DNA of 64,000 bases from an uncultured Nitrospiraceae bacterium (GTDB lineage: Bacteria > Nitrospirota > Thermodesulfovibrionia > Thermodesulfovibrionales > Dissulfurispiraceae), in contig CAMTVO010000014.1 in the NCBI GenBank assembly GCA_947085205.1, positions 1 to 64,000 of the forward strand, written 5' to 3'. The stretch's first letter is position 1. Each line of letters begins with the position of its first letter. Under the pieces are notes generated by a model that worked only from the letters and a program-made list of their open reading frames with translations, was not told the DNA's origin and did not search any database. Made by a program: the position numbers and the translations under genes. Shown here piece by piece: positions 27,610 through 37,588 of the stretch.

Positions 27610-28430
27610 GTCTTCATGCTTATATCAACGGCCATTACTGAATGGGTCAATGCGCCGATGGATATTATATCAACTCCTGTCTCAGCAATGCTTCTTATGT
27701 TTTCGAGATTTACATTTCCAGATGCCTCAAGGAGAGCCTTGCCTCTTGCGATTTTTACAGCCTCTTTCATGTCAGGGATGGACATATTATCAAGCATAAT
27801 TACATCCGCTCCTGCATTCAGTGCCTCTTTTAATTCATCAAGGCTTTTTACTTCGACTTCTATCTTGAGGAGATGATGTGCCTTCTTTGCAAGTTCAACA
27901 GACTTTTTTACTCCTCCAGCAACCTTTATGTGGTTGTCCTTAATCAATACGCCGTCATAAAGTCCGAACCTGTGATTAACTCCTCCCCCCATCCTTACGC
28001 CATATTTTTCCATGAACCTCATTCCAGGAGTTGTCTTTCTCGTATCAGCAATCTCAACCGGCAGACCGGATACCTTCTCCACATAAGCCTTTGTCATCGT
28101 AGCAATTCCTGATATGCGCTGGAGTATATTCAATGAAACTCTTTCTCCGGCAAGAAGACTTCTGCTGCTTCCGGAAATCTCCACTATTATATCGCCTTTT
28201 TTTACATGCGAGCCGTCATGGAAGAATTCATTGATAACAACATCAGGGTCTACGGCATTAAAAACTTCCCTCGCAAATGGCATTCCAGCAAGGATAAAGT
28301 CTTCCTTTGCCATAATCTGCGCCTTTGCCTTGCTGTCTTCGGGAATAATGAGAAGGGATGTTATATCGCCGTGACCGATGTCTTCAAGTATCGCAAGGCG
28401 GATTGTCTCTTTTAATATTAAAAATTCCAC
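27594..28430 (-). CDS. nadC: Nicotinate-nucleotide diphosphorylase
   Basis: EDIGHGDITS, DTRKTTPG, HRFGL.D..LIKDNH, IMLDN. Confidence 0.96.
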   Translation of the reverse strand: MEFLILKETIRLAILEDIGHGDITSLLIIPEDSKAKAQIMAKEDFILAGMPFAREVFNAVDPDVVINEFFHDGSHVKKGDIIVEISGSSRSLLAGERVSLNILQRISGIATMTKAYVEKVSGLPVEIADTRKTTPGMRFMEKYGVRMGGGVNHRFGLYDGVLIKDNHIKVAGGVKKSVELAKKAHHLLKIEVEVKSLDELKEALNAGADVIMLDNMSIPDMKEAVKIARGKALLEASGNVNLENIRSIAETGVDIISIGALTHSVMAVDISMKTVHSS

Positions 28431-28431
28431 C

Positions 28432-28917
28432 TTATCTGCCTTTTCTGAACAAAGAAAAAAGACCTAAAACCCCTCCTGCAACAGCGCCCAGTGCAAGCGC
28501 AGAACGCCAGTCAAGGAGTGTTGTTACATTGCCGTTTATATTTTTGCCTATCATAAGTATTGAAGTGCTGTTGTTCGAATTGATATTCCTTGCGACCATG
28601 GCTCCCACAGCGCTTCTGTTTACTACTGTCTCATCGGCCGAAACCGAAACAGGTGCGAAAGAAAAGTTGAGGGTCGTAGTATTTCCGGCTGCAAGAATTC
28701 CTATGCTCTGGTTTAAAGAAAGATTTGCGCCTCTCATTAATACAGAAGCTCCCTGAGTAACCTCTACACGCTCGCCATCGATGCTCAATGCGCCGACCTG
28801 CTGCAACTCAATATGGCCGCCTTCCACAGACCTGACTGTGCTGTGCCTTATGTTCATAAACTCCGCTTCAACCATACCAAGGTTTTTATTCTCCATCTCT
28901 ATTATCTCTTTTCCCAT
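28432..28917 (-). CDS. Hypothetical protein with C-terminal membrane anchor
   Basis: Operon position between valS and nadC; hydrophobic C-terminus followed by RKGR. Confidence 0.6.
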   Translation of the reverse strand: MGKEIIEMENKNLGMVEAEFMNIRHSTVRSVEGGHIELQQVGALSIDGERVEVTQGASVLMRGANLSLNQSIGILAAGNTTTLNFSFAPVSVSADETVVNRSAVGAMVARNINSNNSTSILMIGKNINGNVTTLLDWRSALALGAVAGGVLGLFSLFRKGR

Positions 28918-28935
28918 ATTTTACCCCCTTTAGTT

Positions 28936-28995
28936 CAGTAAGCATTAAACAGTGAGCAGTTTTCGGCTGACTGCTTACTGCTTACTGCTTACTGT
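28936..28995. repeat. Inverted heptamer arrays at the valS 3' end
   Basis: CAGTAAG/CAGTGAG units, then (CTTACTG)n. Confidence 0.8.
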
Positions 28996-31818
28996 CTTTA
29001 ATAGTTTTATGTTCTCCTCTATCTTTTCTTTTTTGTGGACAAAGTCATCAAACTTTGCCTTCTCCTTTTCGACCACAACCCTTGGAGCATTCTTCAAAAA
29101 ATCTTCATTTAGAAGCTTCTTGTTTAACGTTGCTATTGAATCATCTATTTTCGACTTCTCTTTCTGAAGCCTCTCCACTTCAGATTTTATATCCAGCAGA
29201 CCCTCTATTGGAATGTATATCTCCATCTTATCCCTTACGGATACCGCCGAGCCTTTTTCTTTCCTAATATCAGCCCCGATATTTATCTCTTTGCAACGTG
29301 TCAATTTCATTATAGCAGTAAGATTGTTTTTCATAACATCTTCCACTTCCTTTGAAGCGGTTTTTATACCTGCCCTCATTTCAAGAGATGGGGCGATATT
29401 CAACTCTCCCCTTATGCTCCTTATGCCGGTTATCGCACTTATTATATAGTCCATCTGTTCCTCAGCATCGGGATATTTAGGTAAATCTACCGGATATTGT
29501 GATATCATAATACTTTTGCTCTGCTCAAATACGGTATTCCACAATTCTTCTGTAACATACGGCATAAATGGATGTAACAACTGAATGATCTTCTCAAGAA
29601 CAAAGAACAAACAATTTATAACCGCCGCCTTTTCTTCGCTGCTTCCGTGATAAAGAACAGGCTTTGTAAACTCTATATACCAGTCGCAGAATTCATGCCA
29701 CACAAACTGGTATATGCTGTTGGCCGCATCGTTGAACCTGTAGTTTCCAAGATTTCTGTTGACCTCTTCTGCTGTAAAAGCCAGTCTGCTCAGTATCCAT
29801 CTGCCCGGAAGGTCTAAGTCCTTGTCATGCCCGTGCAGCGGCTGCTTTGCCCATAATTCTTCGTTATTCACTATGAATTTTGCGGCATTCCATAATTTAT
29901 TTATGAAATGTCTGTACCCTTCGACCCTATCTTCGGAAAATCTCACATCCCTTCCCTGAGCAGCAAATGCAGCAAGGGTAAACCTGAAGGCATCGGCGCC
30001 GTATTTATCTATCATTACGAGAGGGTCTATCACATTGCCTTTTGACTTGGACATCTTATGTCCCTTTGAGTCACGAACAAGGGCATGGATATACACATCC
30101 CTGAAAGGAGCATCTTTCATTACCTTCAGTCCCATCATAATCATTCTTGCGACCCAGAAGAATAAAATATCAAAGCCTGTGACAAGAACACCCGTCGGAT
30201 AAAATGTCTTTAAATCCTCTGTCTCTTGCGGCCATCCGAGAGTAGAAAACGGCCATAATGCAGATGAAAACCATGTATCAAGAACATCAGGGTCCCGGAT
30301 GATATTTTTGCTGCCGCACTTAGGGCATTCCGTTAGCTCTTCCCTCTGACAAATCGGTTTTACTTTCTTTGATATCCTTATAATCTTTGAATTCCTGATT
30401 ATTTCCTCATGGCTCATTCCCAGCTTTTTCAATTCTGAATATATACCGCCGGTAGCCTTGATTCCCGCACGGAGCATTACAGGCTCAAAAAATATATGCT
30501 CTATTATTTCGCCTTGAGGAGGTGTACCGTCTTCTCCTTTGCAGTCAGGACAGCACCAGACAGGTATCTGGTGTCCCCACCATATCTGGCGTGATATGCA
30601 CCAGTCCTTTATGTCTCTCATCCATGCAAAATAGTTGTTTTCCCATGAATCAGGAATGAGCCTTATTGTTTTGTCCTGCACTGCCCTTACAGCCTCAGAT
30701 GCAAGAGACTCTATTTTGACATACCACTGAATTGTAAGCAGAGGCTCTATTATGGTCTTGCATCTGTAGCAATGTCCCACAGAATGGAGGTATTTCTTAT
30801 CGCCTTCAAGCAAATCAAGTTCTCTTAAATCCTCAACTATCTTTTTCCTGCAAATGTATCTGTCAAGGCCGCTGTATCTTTCTCCTGCTTCTGCAGACAT
30901 GCGTCCGTCTTCAGAAATTACGCTGATTGATTTAAGCTTATGGCGTTTGCCGATTGCTTCGTCATTAAAATCGTGTGCAGGTGTAACCTTTACAGCGCCT
31001 GTTCCAAAAGCAGGATCAACAGCAGCATCTGCAATTACAGGAATTTTTCTGCCTGTCAAAGGCAAATCGAGGTTTTTACCGATAATATCTTTATATCTCT
31101 CGTCTTCAGGATGGACGGCAACCGCCGTATCACCGAGCATAGTCTCCGGTCTTGTGGTTGCAACAGTTATATACCCCCCCTCTATCCGAACAGGGGGGGT
31201 AAGAGGATATTTTATGCTGTAAAGTTTGCCTTCGATTTCTTCATATTCCACTTCAAGGTCGGAAAGCGCAGTATGGCATCTCGGACACCAGTTAATTAGA
31301 CGGTTATCCCTGTATACAAGCCCTTCCTCAAAAAGCCTTACAAACACTTCCCTTACGGCAGCGGATAATCCTTCATCAAGGGTGAACCGTTCTCTCGACC
31401 AGTCGCATGAAGCGCCTATTTTTTTTAGCTGGTGTATTATCTTTCCGCCGTATTCGGCCTTCCATTTCCAGACCCTTTCAATGAACGTCTCTCTTCCAAG
31501 TTTATGCCTGTCGATTCCTTCCTTTGAAAGCTCCCTCTCCACCACATTCTGTGTTGCTATTCCTGCATGGTCGGTTCCAGGGAGCCACAAGACTTTATGT
31601 CCAGACATCCTCTTCCATCGTGTAAGAATGTCCTGAATTGTGGCATTGAGTGCATGACCCATGTGGAGGGAACCAGTAACATTGGGCGGCGGTATGACTA
31701 TGCAGAACGGTGCTTTTGTGGCATTAGGATTCGGCTTAAAATATCCATTCTGCTCCCAAAAAACATACCACTTGTCTTCTATGTCTTCCGGACTGTAAGT
31801 TTTCTTTAGTTCAATCAT
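28975..31818 (-). CDS. valS: Valine-tRNA ligase
   Basis: PPPNVTGSLHMGH, DWCISRQIWWGH, KMSKS, C-terminal coiled coil. Confidence 0.97.
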   Translation of the reverse strand: MIELKKTYSPEDIEDKWYVFWEQNGYFKPNPNATKAPFCIVIPPPNVTGSLHMGHALNATIQDILTRWKRMSGHKVLWLPGTDHAGIATQNVVERELSKEGIDRHKLGRETFIERVWKWKAEYGGKIIHQLKKIGASCDWSRERFTLDEGLSAAVREVFVRLFEEGLVYRDNRLINWCPRCHTALSDLEVEYEEIEGKLYSIKYPLTPPVRIEGGYITVATTRPETMLGDTAVAVHPEDERYKDIIGKNLDLPLTGRKIPVIADAAVDPAFGTGAVKVTPAHDFNDEAIGKRHKLKSISVISEDGRMSAEAGERYSGLDRYICRKKIVEDLRELDLLEGDKKYLHSVGHCYRCKTIIEPLLTIQWYVKIESLASEAVRAVQDKTIRLIPDSWENNYFAWMRDIKDWCISRQIWWGHQIPVWCCPDCKGEDGTPPQGEIIEHIFFEPVMLRAGIKATGGIYSELKKLGMSHEEIIRNSKIIRISKKVKPICQREELTECPKCGSKNIIRDPDVLDTWFSSALWPFSTLGWPQETEDLKTFYPTGVLVTGFDILFFWVARMIMMGLKVMKDAPFRDVYIHALVRDSKGHKMSKSKGNVIDPLVMIDKYGADAFRFTLAAFAAQGRDVRFSEDRVEGYRHFINKLWNAAKFIVNNEELWAKQPLHGHDKDLDLPGRWILSRLAFTAEEVNRNLGNYRFNDAANSIYQFVWHEFCDWYIEFTKPVLYHGSSEEKAAVINCLFFVLEKIIQLLHPFMPYVTEELWNTVFEQSKSIMISQYPVDLPKYPDAEEQMDYIISAITGIRSIRGELNIAPSLEMRAGIKTASKEVEDVMKNNLTAIMKLTRCKEINIGADIRKEKGSAVSVRDKMEIYIPIEGLLDIKSEVERLQKEKSKIDDSIATLNKKLLNEDFLKNAPRVVVEKEKAKFDDFVHKKEKIEENIKLLKTVSSKQ

Positions 31819-31833
31819 AGATGCTTAAAAGGG

Positions 31834-31912
31834 GCTATAGACGATAGGCAAAAGGCAATAGGCATAAGACCACAATAATTGTTATCGCCTATCGCCCATT
31901 GCCTATTGCCTA
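31834..31912. repeat. Inverted heptamer arrays upstream of valS
   Basis: (ATAGGCA)n and (TATTGCC/TATCGCC)n. Confidence 0.8.
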
Positions 31913-32865
31913 ATCTCTGAAGTAATCTTTTCTATCTCTTTTTTTATCAGTGTCTCTGCAACTTCCGGGACAATTCTTTTTATTGCAGCATCTATTTCGC
32001 CGCGCAATGATCTCAACAGGTCTTTTATCACTTCTCTCGTTACATCCTCAATAATGTCAGGGACGTTGCTTGATATTGCCTCTTTCACAGAATCCTGTAT
32101 TGTTAAAGAAATATCGCTGCTTATTATACTGGAAACCTTTTCTTCAATGGTCTGTTTTATTATTTCGTATATCTCTTCCTTTGCAGGTAATTCTACTTCC
32201 TTTAACTCGTAACTCTTAACTCCTAACTCCTCACCGCCTTTCAACGCCTCGGCGAGCTCTTCTGCAAATCCCTTTGTATCCTCAGATAAAGCAGCCTTAG
32301 CTTCATATTCCTCATCCGCCATTACCTCTTCGGCCTTTTCTTCTGCAATAGGAATTTCTTCGTCCCATTTCGGCTCTTCCCGAGTTTGCGGAGTAGCCGA
32401 TACTGCTAATTCCACTGTAGCTTCAGGGGCATCTTCTGTTGCGGCCAACAACTCCTCTTCTATCGCCTCTTCCGGCTCCGTCTTCTTTGACTGCTCAAAG
32501 CCGACAAGCAGTGCTTTCACTTTGCTTATCAACTCCTGCGACTCGAATGGTTTAATGATAAAGTCGTCTGCAAAAACAGATTTTGCATATTCTTCGTCGA
32601 AAGGTTCAAAGGCACCTGCAAGTAAAATTACAGGAATAGCTGCAGTAGCCATATCATTTTTAATCTTTTCGCACAACTGATACCCGTTCAATTTAGGCAT
32701 CTCGATGTCGGCAAGAATTATGTCGGGTTTAAAAGACTCCATTGCATTTAATGCCTGCTCGCCGTCATTAAATGCCCTTATTTCGAAATTTTCCGACGTA
32801 AGGACAAGCTCAACCACCTTCTGTATGGTGAGGCTATCGTCTGCTAATAATAGTTTATAGGGCAT
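31903..32865 (-). CDS. Response regulator receiver with acidic linker
   Basis: LLADD, ILADIEMP, FIIKPF. Confidence 0.85.
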   Translation of the reverse strand: MPYKLLLADDSLTIQKVVELVLTSENFEIRAFNDGEQALNAMESFKPDIILADIEMPKLNGYQLCEKIKNDMATAAIPVILLAGAFEPFDEEYAKSVFADDFIIKPFESQELISKVKALLVGFEQSKKTEPEEAIEEELLAATEDAPEATVELAVSATPQTREEPKWDEEIPIAEEKAEEVMADEEYEAKAALSEDTKGFAEELAEALKGGEELGVKSYELKEVELPAKEEIYEIIKQTIEEKVSSIISSDISLTIQDSVKEAISSNVPDIIEDVTREVIKDLLRSLRGEIDAAIKRIVPEVAETLIKKEIEKITSEIRQ

Positions 32866-32878
32866 AATTAACCTCTTT

Positions 32879-32984
32879 CGTTATAGCGTTTATTGCGTTG
32901 AGCGTTATAGCGTAAAGCGTTGAGCAATATAAGGAAATAAATAATTTACGCATAACTCTATAACTCTATAACTCTATAACGCTA
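32879..32984. repeat. Inverted octamer-type arrays downstream of iscU
   Basis: CGTTATAG-type units and (ATAACTCT)x3; similar units at 46801-46819 and 51865-51950. Confidence 0.75.
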
Positions 32985-32988
32985 CTTG

Positions 32989-33360
32989 TCAAGACTTTTT
33001 CTTACTCCTGTAGTCTTCTATAGCCTTTCTCAACGCATCGGCGCCCAGATTCGAACAGTGCATTTTCTGAGGCGGTAGACCTCCCAATTCCTGAGCCACC
33101 GCCTCCTTTGATATAGCAAGGGCATCATCGAGAGTCTTCCCTTTGACCATTTCTGTAACCATGCTGCTTACTGCAATGGCAGCGCCGCATCCGAATGTCC
33201 TGAACTTTGCGTCTACTATCCTGTCGTTTTCGACCTTTATGAATATCTGCATCGCATCCCCGCATATCGGGTTGCCTTCCATGCCGACGCCGTCTGCATC
33301 AGTGATTTCGCCCACATTTCTCGGATTCATAAAATGGTCCATTACCTTTTCAGAATACAT
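32989..33360 (-). CDS. iscU: Fe-S cluster scaffold
   Basis: YSEKVMDHF.NPRNVG, CGD, GCG.AIA, KMHCS. Confidence 0.93.
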   Translation of the reverse strand: MYSEKVMDHFMNPRNVGEITDADGVGMEGNPICGDAMQIFIKVENDRIVDAKFRTFGCGAAIAVSSMVTEMVKGKTLDDALAISKEAVAQELGGLPPQKMHCSNLGADALRKAIEDYRSKKKS

Positions 33361-33372
33361 TTTTATCCTCCT

Positions 33373-34584
33373 TTATCCTGTATAACATTTTTCTCCTTCG
33401 CCGTGCTCTTCAAATCCTTTTTGGCCCCATCCCTTTGCAAATGGGGACATCTCCCTCAGCCTGCTGATTATCTGCGGAAACTCATTGACAAAGCAGTCCA
33501 CATCTTCATTTGTATTGCTCATTCCGACGCTGAATACGATAGAGCCCTGCGCAAGCGCAGAAGGGATTCCGAGAGATAATAGCACCGGAGAAGATTTAAG
33601 CGCCCTCGAAGAACAGGCAGAGCCGCTGGCTGCATATATGCCCTTCATCGAGAGCATCAAGAGCATAGCCTCTCCCTCGATAAATTCGACTACGAAACTC
33701 GCATGATGCGGCAGTCTGTTTTCCGGATGTCCCGTGAGATATACGTTGGGTATTTTAAGCGCGTTTTCTATTATTCTGTCGCGAAGCCTTTTGCAGTGCT
33801 CGATTCTATTGCTCAGCTCGCTCTTTGCAAGTTCGGCAGCCTTGCCCATTCCGGCTATTGCAGGGACATTTTCAGTGCCTGCCCTCCTGCCGCCTTCCTG
33901 AATGCCTCCGTAAATGAGGGGAACTATTCTCAAGCCTTCCCTGACATAAAGCGCTCCTGCTCCTTTCGGACCGTAAAACTGGTGCGCCGCCATGCTCAGG
34001 AGGTCAACGCCTAACTCCTTCACATCTACCGGGATATTTCCTGTTGTTGCGACCGCATCCGTGTGGAATAAGATATTCCTTTCCTTTGCTATTGCCGCTA
34101 ATTTCTTTATAGGCTCTATTGAGCCGATTTCGCTGCTTGCATGCGCCACGGAAATGAGAATCGTCTCTTTTGTAATAGAACTTTTTAAAACCTCCGGGTC
34201 GACAAGCCCATATTTATCTACAGGAAGATAGGTAACCACAAAACCGCTCTTTTCCAAAAATCGCGCTGAATTAAGGATAGAGTGGTGCTCTACTTTCGAC
34301 ACTATCACATGTTTACCCTGATTCTGCTTTGCAAGGGCTATTCCCCTGAGTGCGAAATTGTTTGCCTCAGCGCCGCTTGCAGTAAAGACAATTGCAGAAG
34401 GCTTTGCATTAATGAGCAAGGCAACCTGTTCTCTTGCTTTTTCTATGGCATCCCTCGCCCTTATTCCGAGGTCATAGACGCTGAGAGGATTTCCGAAATC
34501 TTCCTTGAAATGAGGCATCATTGCATTCAGCGCTTCCGGATGCAATGGATTTGTTGCCACATGGTCAAAATAGCACTTTCCCAT
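33373..34584 (-). CDS. iscS: Cysteine desulfurase
   Basis: GNPLS, EHHS, HTDAV, YGPKG, RAGTEN, SGSACSS. Confidence 0.9.
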   Translation of the reverse strand: MGKCYFDHVATNPLHPEALNAMMPHFKEDFGNPLSVYDLGIRARDAIEKAREQVALLINAKPSAIVFTASGAEANNFALRGIALAKQNQGKHVIVSKVEHHSILNSARFLEKSGFVVTYLPVDKYGLVDPEVLKSSITKETILISVAHASSEIGSIEPIKKLAAIAKERNILFHTDAVATTGNIPVDVKELGVDLLSMAAHQFYGPKGAGALYVREGLRIVPLIYGGIQEGGRRAGTENVPAIAGMGKAAELAKSELSNRIEHCKRLRDRIIENALKIPNVYLTGHPENRLPHHASFVVEFIEGEAMLLMLSMKGIYAASGSACSSRALKSSPVLLSLGIPSALAQGSIVFSVGMSNTNEDVDCFVNEFPQIISRLREMSPFAKGWGQKGFEEHGEGEKCYTG

Positions 34585-34600
34585 AATAGCTCCTTAAAAT

Positions 34601-34669
34601 TAGGCGATAGGTCATAGACTATAGGCAATAGGTTTTTGTTTTTTACCTATAGCCTATTGCCCATTGCCT
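34601..34669. repeat. Inverted heptamer arrays at the tusA/iscS junction
   Basis: ATAGGCA-type units and CTATTGC-type units. Confidence 0.8.
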
Positions 34670-34910
34670 GTTTTTTTACATAAAACTTGTAATAATCCTC
34701 ATCCTCGTCCATCCCTATAAACTCATTTCCTGTCCTTTCGCACCATTGTGGTATATCTTCGAGGGCGCCATCATAATCAGTAAGTATCTCAAGCACCTGT
34801 CCCTTCTCAAGCCCCTTTATCATCTCGTCCAGTTTGAGAAGATGCATGGGACACATCATATAAACAATATCGGCGGTTACGTCCGCCTTTACATCATGAA
34901 CGAATTTCAT
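34647..34910 (-). CDS. TusA-family sulfur carrier
   Basis: MCPM motif, LEILTD..GALEDIPQWC. Confidence 0.85.
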   Translation of the reverse strand: MKFVHDVKADVTADIVYMMCPMHLLKLDEMIKGLEKGQVLEILTDYDGALEDIPQWCERTGNEFIGMDEDEDYYKFYVKKQAMGNRL

Positions 34911-34938
34911 ACGTTAAAAGTTTCAAAGAATCATATTA

Positions 34939-35400
34939 TTAAAGTGTCAGCGTTTTATATCTTGACTCTTTGAGTCTCTGGCTCTTTGATATAAACTCTC
35001 CTGTTATGAGATTCTTCAGTGTTATGGTATTCAAAAACGCCTCGATCTGCTCACCCAATACCTTCCACAACAGATGGGTCACGCAACTGTCAACCCTCAC
35101 ACAGCCTCCTTCAGGATCGAGACATGAAGTTAGGGCAACAGGGCCTTCCAGTTCGTTTAAAATCGAGGCAATGCTTACATTTTCAGGACTTTTGTCTAAG
35201 ATATAACCGCCTCCGGGGCCTTTTATGCTTTTTATAAGTCCGGCCTTCCTGAGTTTATTGAGTATCTGCTCAAGGTATGCAACAGAGACATCCTGTTTTT
35301 CGGAAATTTCCTTAATGGTTACCGGAGTTTCAGGATAGCCCTTTGCAATCTCATACATGGCCCTGACGCCATACTGTCCTTTTGTCGATAATCTCAGCAT
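34939..35400 (-). CDS. iscR: Rrf2-family Fe-S regulator
   Basis: LSTKGQYGVRAM, YLEQIL, GPGGGY, three Cys; heads the isc operon. Confidence 0.85.
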   Translation of the reverse strand: MLRLSTKGQYGVRAMYEIAKGYPETPVTIKEISEKQDVSVAYLEQILNKLRKAGLIKSIKGPGGGYILDKSPENVSIASILNELEGPVALTSCLDPEGGCVRVDSCVTHLLWKVLGEQIEAFLNTITLKNLITGEFISKSQRLKESRYKTLTL

Positions 35401-35406
35401 GAATTT

Positions 35407-35439
35407 ATGCTATAAAACCTTACTGTTTTTGTCAAGTAT
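35407..35439 (-). promoter_or_regulatory. Sigma70-type promoter overlapping an IscR type-1-like site
   Basis: Minus strand ATACTTGACAAAAACAGTAAGGTTT; TTGACA-17 nt-TAGCAT. Confidence 0.6.
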
Positions 35440-35452
35440 TATGATAAAAAAC

Positions 35453-35478
35453 AGGCGATAGGCTATTGCCTATCGCCT
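35453..35478. terminator. Hairpin downstream of mlaC, possible terminator
   Basis: AGGCGATAGGC-TATT-GCCTATCGCCT with a T-run following on the - strand. Confidence 0.55.
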
Positions 35479-36159
35479 CTACTTTGCCTTTTCCTCAAAA
35501 AGCTCTTCTTCCTGTTTGTCCTTCATCTTCTTGACAAGCTCTTCGTAGGAATCCCGCAGAATGATCTTATTAAATTGTGTCCTGTAATTGCTTACGAGGC
35601 TTACGCCTTCTATCACCACATCATATACTTCCCATTTGCCATTCTTTTTGAGGAGCCTGTAATGTATAGGTATTTCAACATTTCTCTTTGTGATTACCTT
35701 GCTTTTTACAACAGAGTATTCGCCCTCTATATCCTCACCCACATACAAAATCTTTTCGTCTTCATAGGCCTCAATCTTTTTAATATATGACCTTTCAAGA
35801 AGGTCGGCATATAACGGCACAAACTCTTTTCTTTCCTCTGGCGTCCTTTTTCTCCAATGAAGGGCGAGGGACCTCTTTGCCATTTCCTCAAAATCAAATC
35901 TCTCGGAAATAGTCTTGCGGATTGCAGTCCTTCGCTCCTTTGTTTTTTCCGGCTTCTTCAGTTCCTTGTTTCTTAAGATATCAAGAACCTTATCAACGGT
36001 CTGCTTTACCTGATTTGTAGGCTCACCAGCATAGGCATCAGAAGCAGTGAATAGTGAATAGTGAATAGTGAACAGCAGAAGCATAACGAGTAACGAGTAA
36101 TGAGTAACAAGTTTTTTGAAATCTGAAATCTGAAATCTGAAATCTGAAATTTTTCCCAT
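35479..36159 (-). CDS. mlaC: MlaC/Ttg2D periplasmic lipid-binding protein
   Basis: FDFEEMAKRSL..HW, YDVVIEGVSLVSNYRTQF. Confidence 0.88.
   Translation of the reverse strand: MGKISDFRFQISDFKKLVTHYSLLVMLLLFTIHYSLFTASDAYAGEPTNQVKQTVDKVLDILRNKELKKPEKTKERRTAIRKTISERFDFEEMAKRSLALHWRKRTPEERKEFVPLYADLLERSYIKKIEAYEDEKILYVGEDIEGEYSVVKSKVITKRNVEIPIHYRLLKKNGKWEVYDVVIEGVSLVSNYRTQFNKIILRDSYEELVKKMKDKQEEELFEEKAK
36046..36150. repeat. Three different heptamer arrays in the mlaC 5' end
   Basis: (AGTGAAT)x4, (TAACGAG)x3, (TGAAATC)x5. Confidence 0.9.
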
Positions 36160-36169
36160 AATCGCCTCT

Positions 36170-37579
36170 CTATCTTATCTCTTTCAAATCCAATCCTGTT
36201 GCATACAAAAGATTTGCGAATGATATCCTATGATTATATATAGAGCGTAGATTATCTGCCTTCATCTGTGAGTAAGCTACCGCTGCATCAGCCACATCCT
36301 TTGCATCGCCTATCCCGAGGTCGAAGTTAGCCACTGCCGCAACAAGCCACTTCCTTGCATTTCTGTATGCCTTTTCTGTCTCTATGATATTCTTCCTTGC
36401 CTCTTCCAGATCGAGATATGCCTTTCTCACCTGAAACGGTATGGCATCGTCGGCGAATTTCTTCTTCTCCAGCAATTTATAATATTCAGCCTGAGCCTCC
36501 TTCACCCTTCCCCCTGTTATTCCGAAATCGATAGACCACTTAAGCCCCATAAATGCAGCGCTGTAGGCATGGTTAAAGTAATCGTAAATATACGGGTTAT
36601 CCACCTTATCCCTGTTTGTTGCACCTGCTACAGATGCCTTCAGTCCTACAAATAACTGAGGATAGTAGTTGCTCTTCTCCACACCGATAAGGGCATTCCT
36701 CGCATTCAAACCCTCTTTAAGCTGGATAAATTCAGGTCTGAGTTCCACAGCATTTTTCAAATAGTTATTCAGCTCCTCGGGGATTCTGCTTTCCGGCGTG
36801 AGAAAAGTGTCTGCAGTATCGAATTCGGTTCCTCTTGGAAACCCCATGCTTGTTACAAGGGCATCTGTTGCAAGGGCAATTCCCTTTTCTGCCTCGTTGA
36901 TGTTTTTGTCAACCGCTCCTAAAAATGTCCTGAGTTTGAATAGATTGAGTTCGTCCGCCCACGGAGAGTCTATTTCTATCTGTTTCTCCGCCTTTTTTAT
37001 CGATTCGACAAGTTCGTCCTTGACTTCCAGAGCAAGGTTTCGCATATCCTTTGCAAGGAGAAGGCCGTAATAAAGTTCCTTTGTTCTTAAAACTATATCA
37101 GATGTCTTCTTATCCACACCTGCCTTTGCCACTTTTATGCCGCTCGAGGCAGCCTCTCTATAACTGCTTATCTTGCCGAATGTGTATATGGGCTGGATTA
37201 ATGTGACCTCTGTACTGCCGAATATCCCGTTGACAGTTGTTCCTACAGATGTATTAACATTTGGGCTTATCTGCTCCCTCTTTGCCCTTGGAGACGGCCC
37301 TGTAATTGCGAGTACCTCTATCTGAGGATAGACTGCCGAGTCTGCCTGGAGCTTTTTTGACTTATACGCTTCCTCTTCGTATCGTGATTCGCCTATCTCG
37401 GGGCTGACCTCGATAGCCTTTTTTATGCACTGCTCGATATTTAAAACAATCTTTCCACTATCTTGAGCATATGCAGGAATGGCTAAATTAGTAGACAGTA
37501 AGCAGTAGACAGTAGACAGTAAAAAAAGAAAAATTTTTTTTGACTGCTGACTCCTGACTGCTGACTGCTGACACTTCAT
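36170..37579 (-). CDS. TolC-family outer membrane protein
   Basis: Signal peptide, LIQPIYTFGKI, YYPQL, two-repeat OEP pattern. Confidence 0.85.
   Translation of the reverse strand: MKCQQSAVRSQQSKKIFLFLLSTVYCLLSTNLAIPAYAQDSGKIVLNIEQCIKKAIEVSPEIGESRYEEEAYKSKKLQADSAVYPQIEVLAITGPSPRAKREQISPNVNTSVGTTVNGIFGSTEVTLIQPIYTFGKISSYREAASSGIKVAKAGVDKKTSDIVLRTKELYYGLLLAKDMRNLALEVKDELVESIKKAEKQIEIDSPWADELNLFKLRTFLGAVDKNINEAEKGIALATDALVTSMGFPRGTEFDTADTFLTPESRIPEELNNYLKNAVELRPEFIQLKEGLNARNALIGVEKSNYYPQLFVGLKASVAGATNRDKVDNPYIYDYFNHAYSAAFMGLKWSIDFGITGGRVKEAQAEYYKLLEKKKFADDAIPFQVRKAYLDLEEARKNIIETEKAYRNARKWLVAAVANFDLGIGDAKDVADAAVAYSQMKADNLRSIYNHRISFANLLYATGLDLKEIR
37490..37572. repeat. Paired heptamer arrays in the TolC 5' end
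   Basis: (AGTAGAC)x4 and (TGACTGC)x4. Confidence 0.88.
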
Positions 37580-37588
37580 ACTTTCCTC

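Noticed and set aside
30316..30552. Intein in valS
   Set aside because: Too short and lacks the C-terminal His-Asn splice motif.
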